Positions 63,298-64,000 of a stretch of DNA of 64,000 nucleotides are shown in pieces. Numbering within the stretch: the stretch's first letter is position 1; every line of letters starts with the position of its first letter. The notes under the pieces were generated by a model. That model was not told the origin of the DNA. It made no database searches and saw only the letters and a program-made list of their open reading frames with translations. Source of the stretch: an uncultured Gemmatimonadales bacterium (GTDB taxonomy: Bacteria; Gemmatimonadota; Gemmatimonadetes; Gemmatimonadales; JACORV01); the NCBI GenBank assembly GCA_964550365.1, contig CAZJZC010000001.1:12863-76862 (forward strand), read 5' to 3'. The translations under genes were made by a program, and so were the position numbers.

Positions 63298-64000
63298 ACA
63301 AGGTCGCCCTGTTCCTGAGCACGGCGCTGGTGCTCGGCGAGAGCGCCCGCGACCGCGCCGACATCCTCTGGCGCCTGTCGAAGAACGTCCGCGTCCGTCT
63401 GGGCCTGGCGCGCTACCATCCGGAGGTCGTGCACCTGGTGCGCACGCGCTGGGGCCCGGTGCACCTGCGCGACAACTTCGGCGACGTCACCAACCTGCCC
63501 AGGGTATGGCTGCAGAACGAGTATCGGCTGGAGCGGCTCGAGGGCGAGGGGGTCATCCTCGACGTGGGCGCCAACATCGGGCTGTTCGCCGCGTGGGCCG
63601 CGGCGCACAACCCCGGCCGCGCCATCCACTGCTTCGAGCCGCTGGCGGCCAACCGGCGGATGATCGCGCTCAACTGCCCGTCGGCCGTCATCGCGCCCGG
63701 CGGCCTCGGGCGACAGGCCGGCACGGTCACGCTTCGGGTGGACGCCCACGCGATCATGGCCAGCACGGTCGATACCAGCTGGCCCACGCAGCCGCAGGCC
63801 TTCGAGGTGGTGCCGCTGGACGAGTACGCCCGCGCCACCGGCATCGGGGCGGTCGCCTTCCTCAAGCTCGACACCGAGGGCATGGAACTGGAGATCCTGG
63901 ACGGCGCCCGCGAGACCCTGCGGCGCGTCGCGCGGGTCGCGATGGAAACGCATGGCGAGGATCGGCACCGCGGCGCCCTCCAGCGGCTCACGGCCGCAGG
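63294..64000 (+). CDS. FkbM-family methyltransferase, 3'-truncated by the window edge
   Basis: ATG 63294 overlaps the previous stop (ATGA). The frame is open to the window end and so is not in the track. VILDVGANIGLFAAWAA and FLKLDTEGMELEIL are FkbM signatures. Confidence 0.8.
   Translation, partial: MNKVALFLSTALVLGESARDRADILWRLSKNVRVRLGLARYHPEVVHLVRTRWGPVHLRDNFGDVTNLPRVWLQNEYRLERLEGEGVILDVGANIGLFAAWAAAHNPGRAIHCFEPLAANRRMIALNCPSAVIAPGGLGRQAGTVTLRVDAHAIMASTVDTSWPTQPQAFEVVPLDEYARATGIGAVAFLKLDTEGMELEILDGARETLRRVARVAMETHGEDRHRGALQRLTAA

Noticed and set aside
1-64000. Search for CRISPR arrays, tRNA/rRNA genes, IS elements, integrases, phage or defence-system genes
   Set aside because: I saw no regularly spaced direct repeats, no tRNA-like T-loop/acceptor patterns in the lower-GC gaps, and no transposase or integrase motifs in any frame of the track. 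This absence is by eye only and should be confirmed with tRNAscan-SE, Infernal, ISEScan and DefenseFinder.

Overview
Very GC-rich, densely coding bacterial chromosome segment. GC content was judged by eye and not computed. All family calls come from motifs I recognise in the translations, because no similarity search was possible. I found no rRNA, tRNA, CRISPR array, transposase, integrase or obvious IS/terminal repeats. Many long ORFs in the track are antisense or N-terminally over-extended high-GC artefacts, so I trimmed them to plausible starts. Positions 1-17.6 kb look like ordinary core genes: a secreted protein fragment, an SPFH protein plus a small RHH protein, rsgA, M28 and M20 peptidases, an ATP-grasp enzyme, a NifU/Nfu protein, a TPR protein, an HExxH metalloprotease, a RidA / sarcosine-oxidase-like flavoenzyme / small-protein operon, and potABCD. 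From 17.6 kb to the window end (more than 46 kb) lies one exopolysaccharide island of the exosortase/PEP-CTERM type. It holds a Wza-like exporter, a Wzc-like tyrosine autokinase and a degenerate REC-GGDEF protein. It also holds a sigma-54 activator with a soluble histidine kinase. A roughly 15-gene plus-strand operon follows (priming sugar transferase, exosortase, EpsI, PMT/ArnT-like GT-C, GT2/GT4 enzymes, epimerase/dehydratase, deacetylase, two paralogous mini membrane proteins, Gfo/Idh/MocA). After that come a Wzx flippase, GT4 and acetyltransferase, then a beta-helix lipoprotein. A 9-gene minus-strand operon carries GT2, a Wzy/O-antigen-ligase-like protein, two GT4s, a bi-domain oxidoreductase, AsnB-type amidotransferase, a heparinase II/III-like protein, a GT and a deacetylase. 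The only PEP-CTERM cargo gene is translationally coupled to a 4-TM protein, and a VanZ-like protein and two methyltransferases close the window. The observations most worth follow-up are these. First, a recurrent CTGTTG-N8-CAACAG palindrome sits in three regulatory regions, twice with sigma-54-like -24/-12 elements about 75-105 bp downstream. Second, a GT-C glycosyltransferase is embedded in the exosortase core operon. Third, a REC-GGDEF protein has a degenerate active site but an intact I-site. Fourth, there is a promoter-leader-terminator arrangement in front of the sigma-54 activator. Fifth, several small uncharacterised membrane or zinc-ribbon proteins are present.
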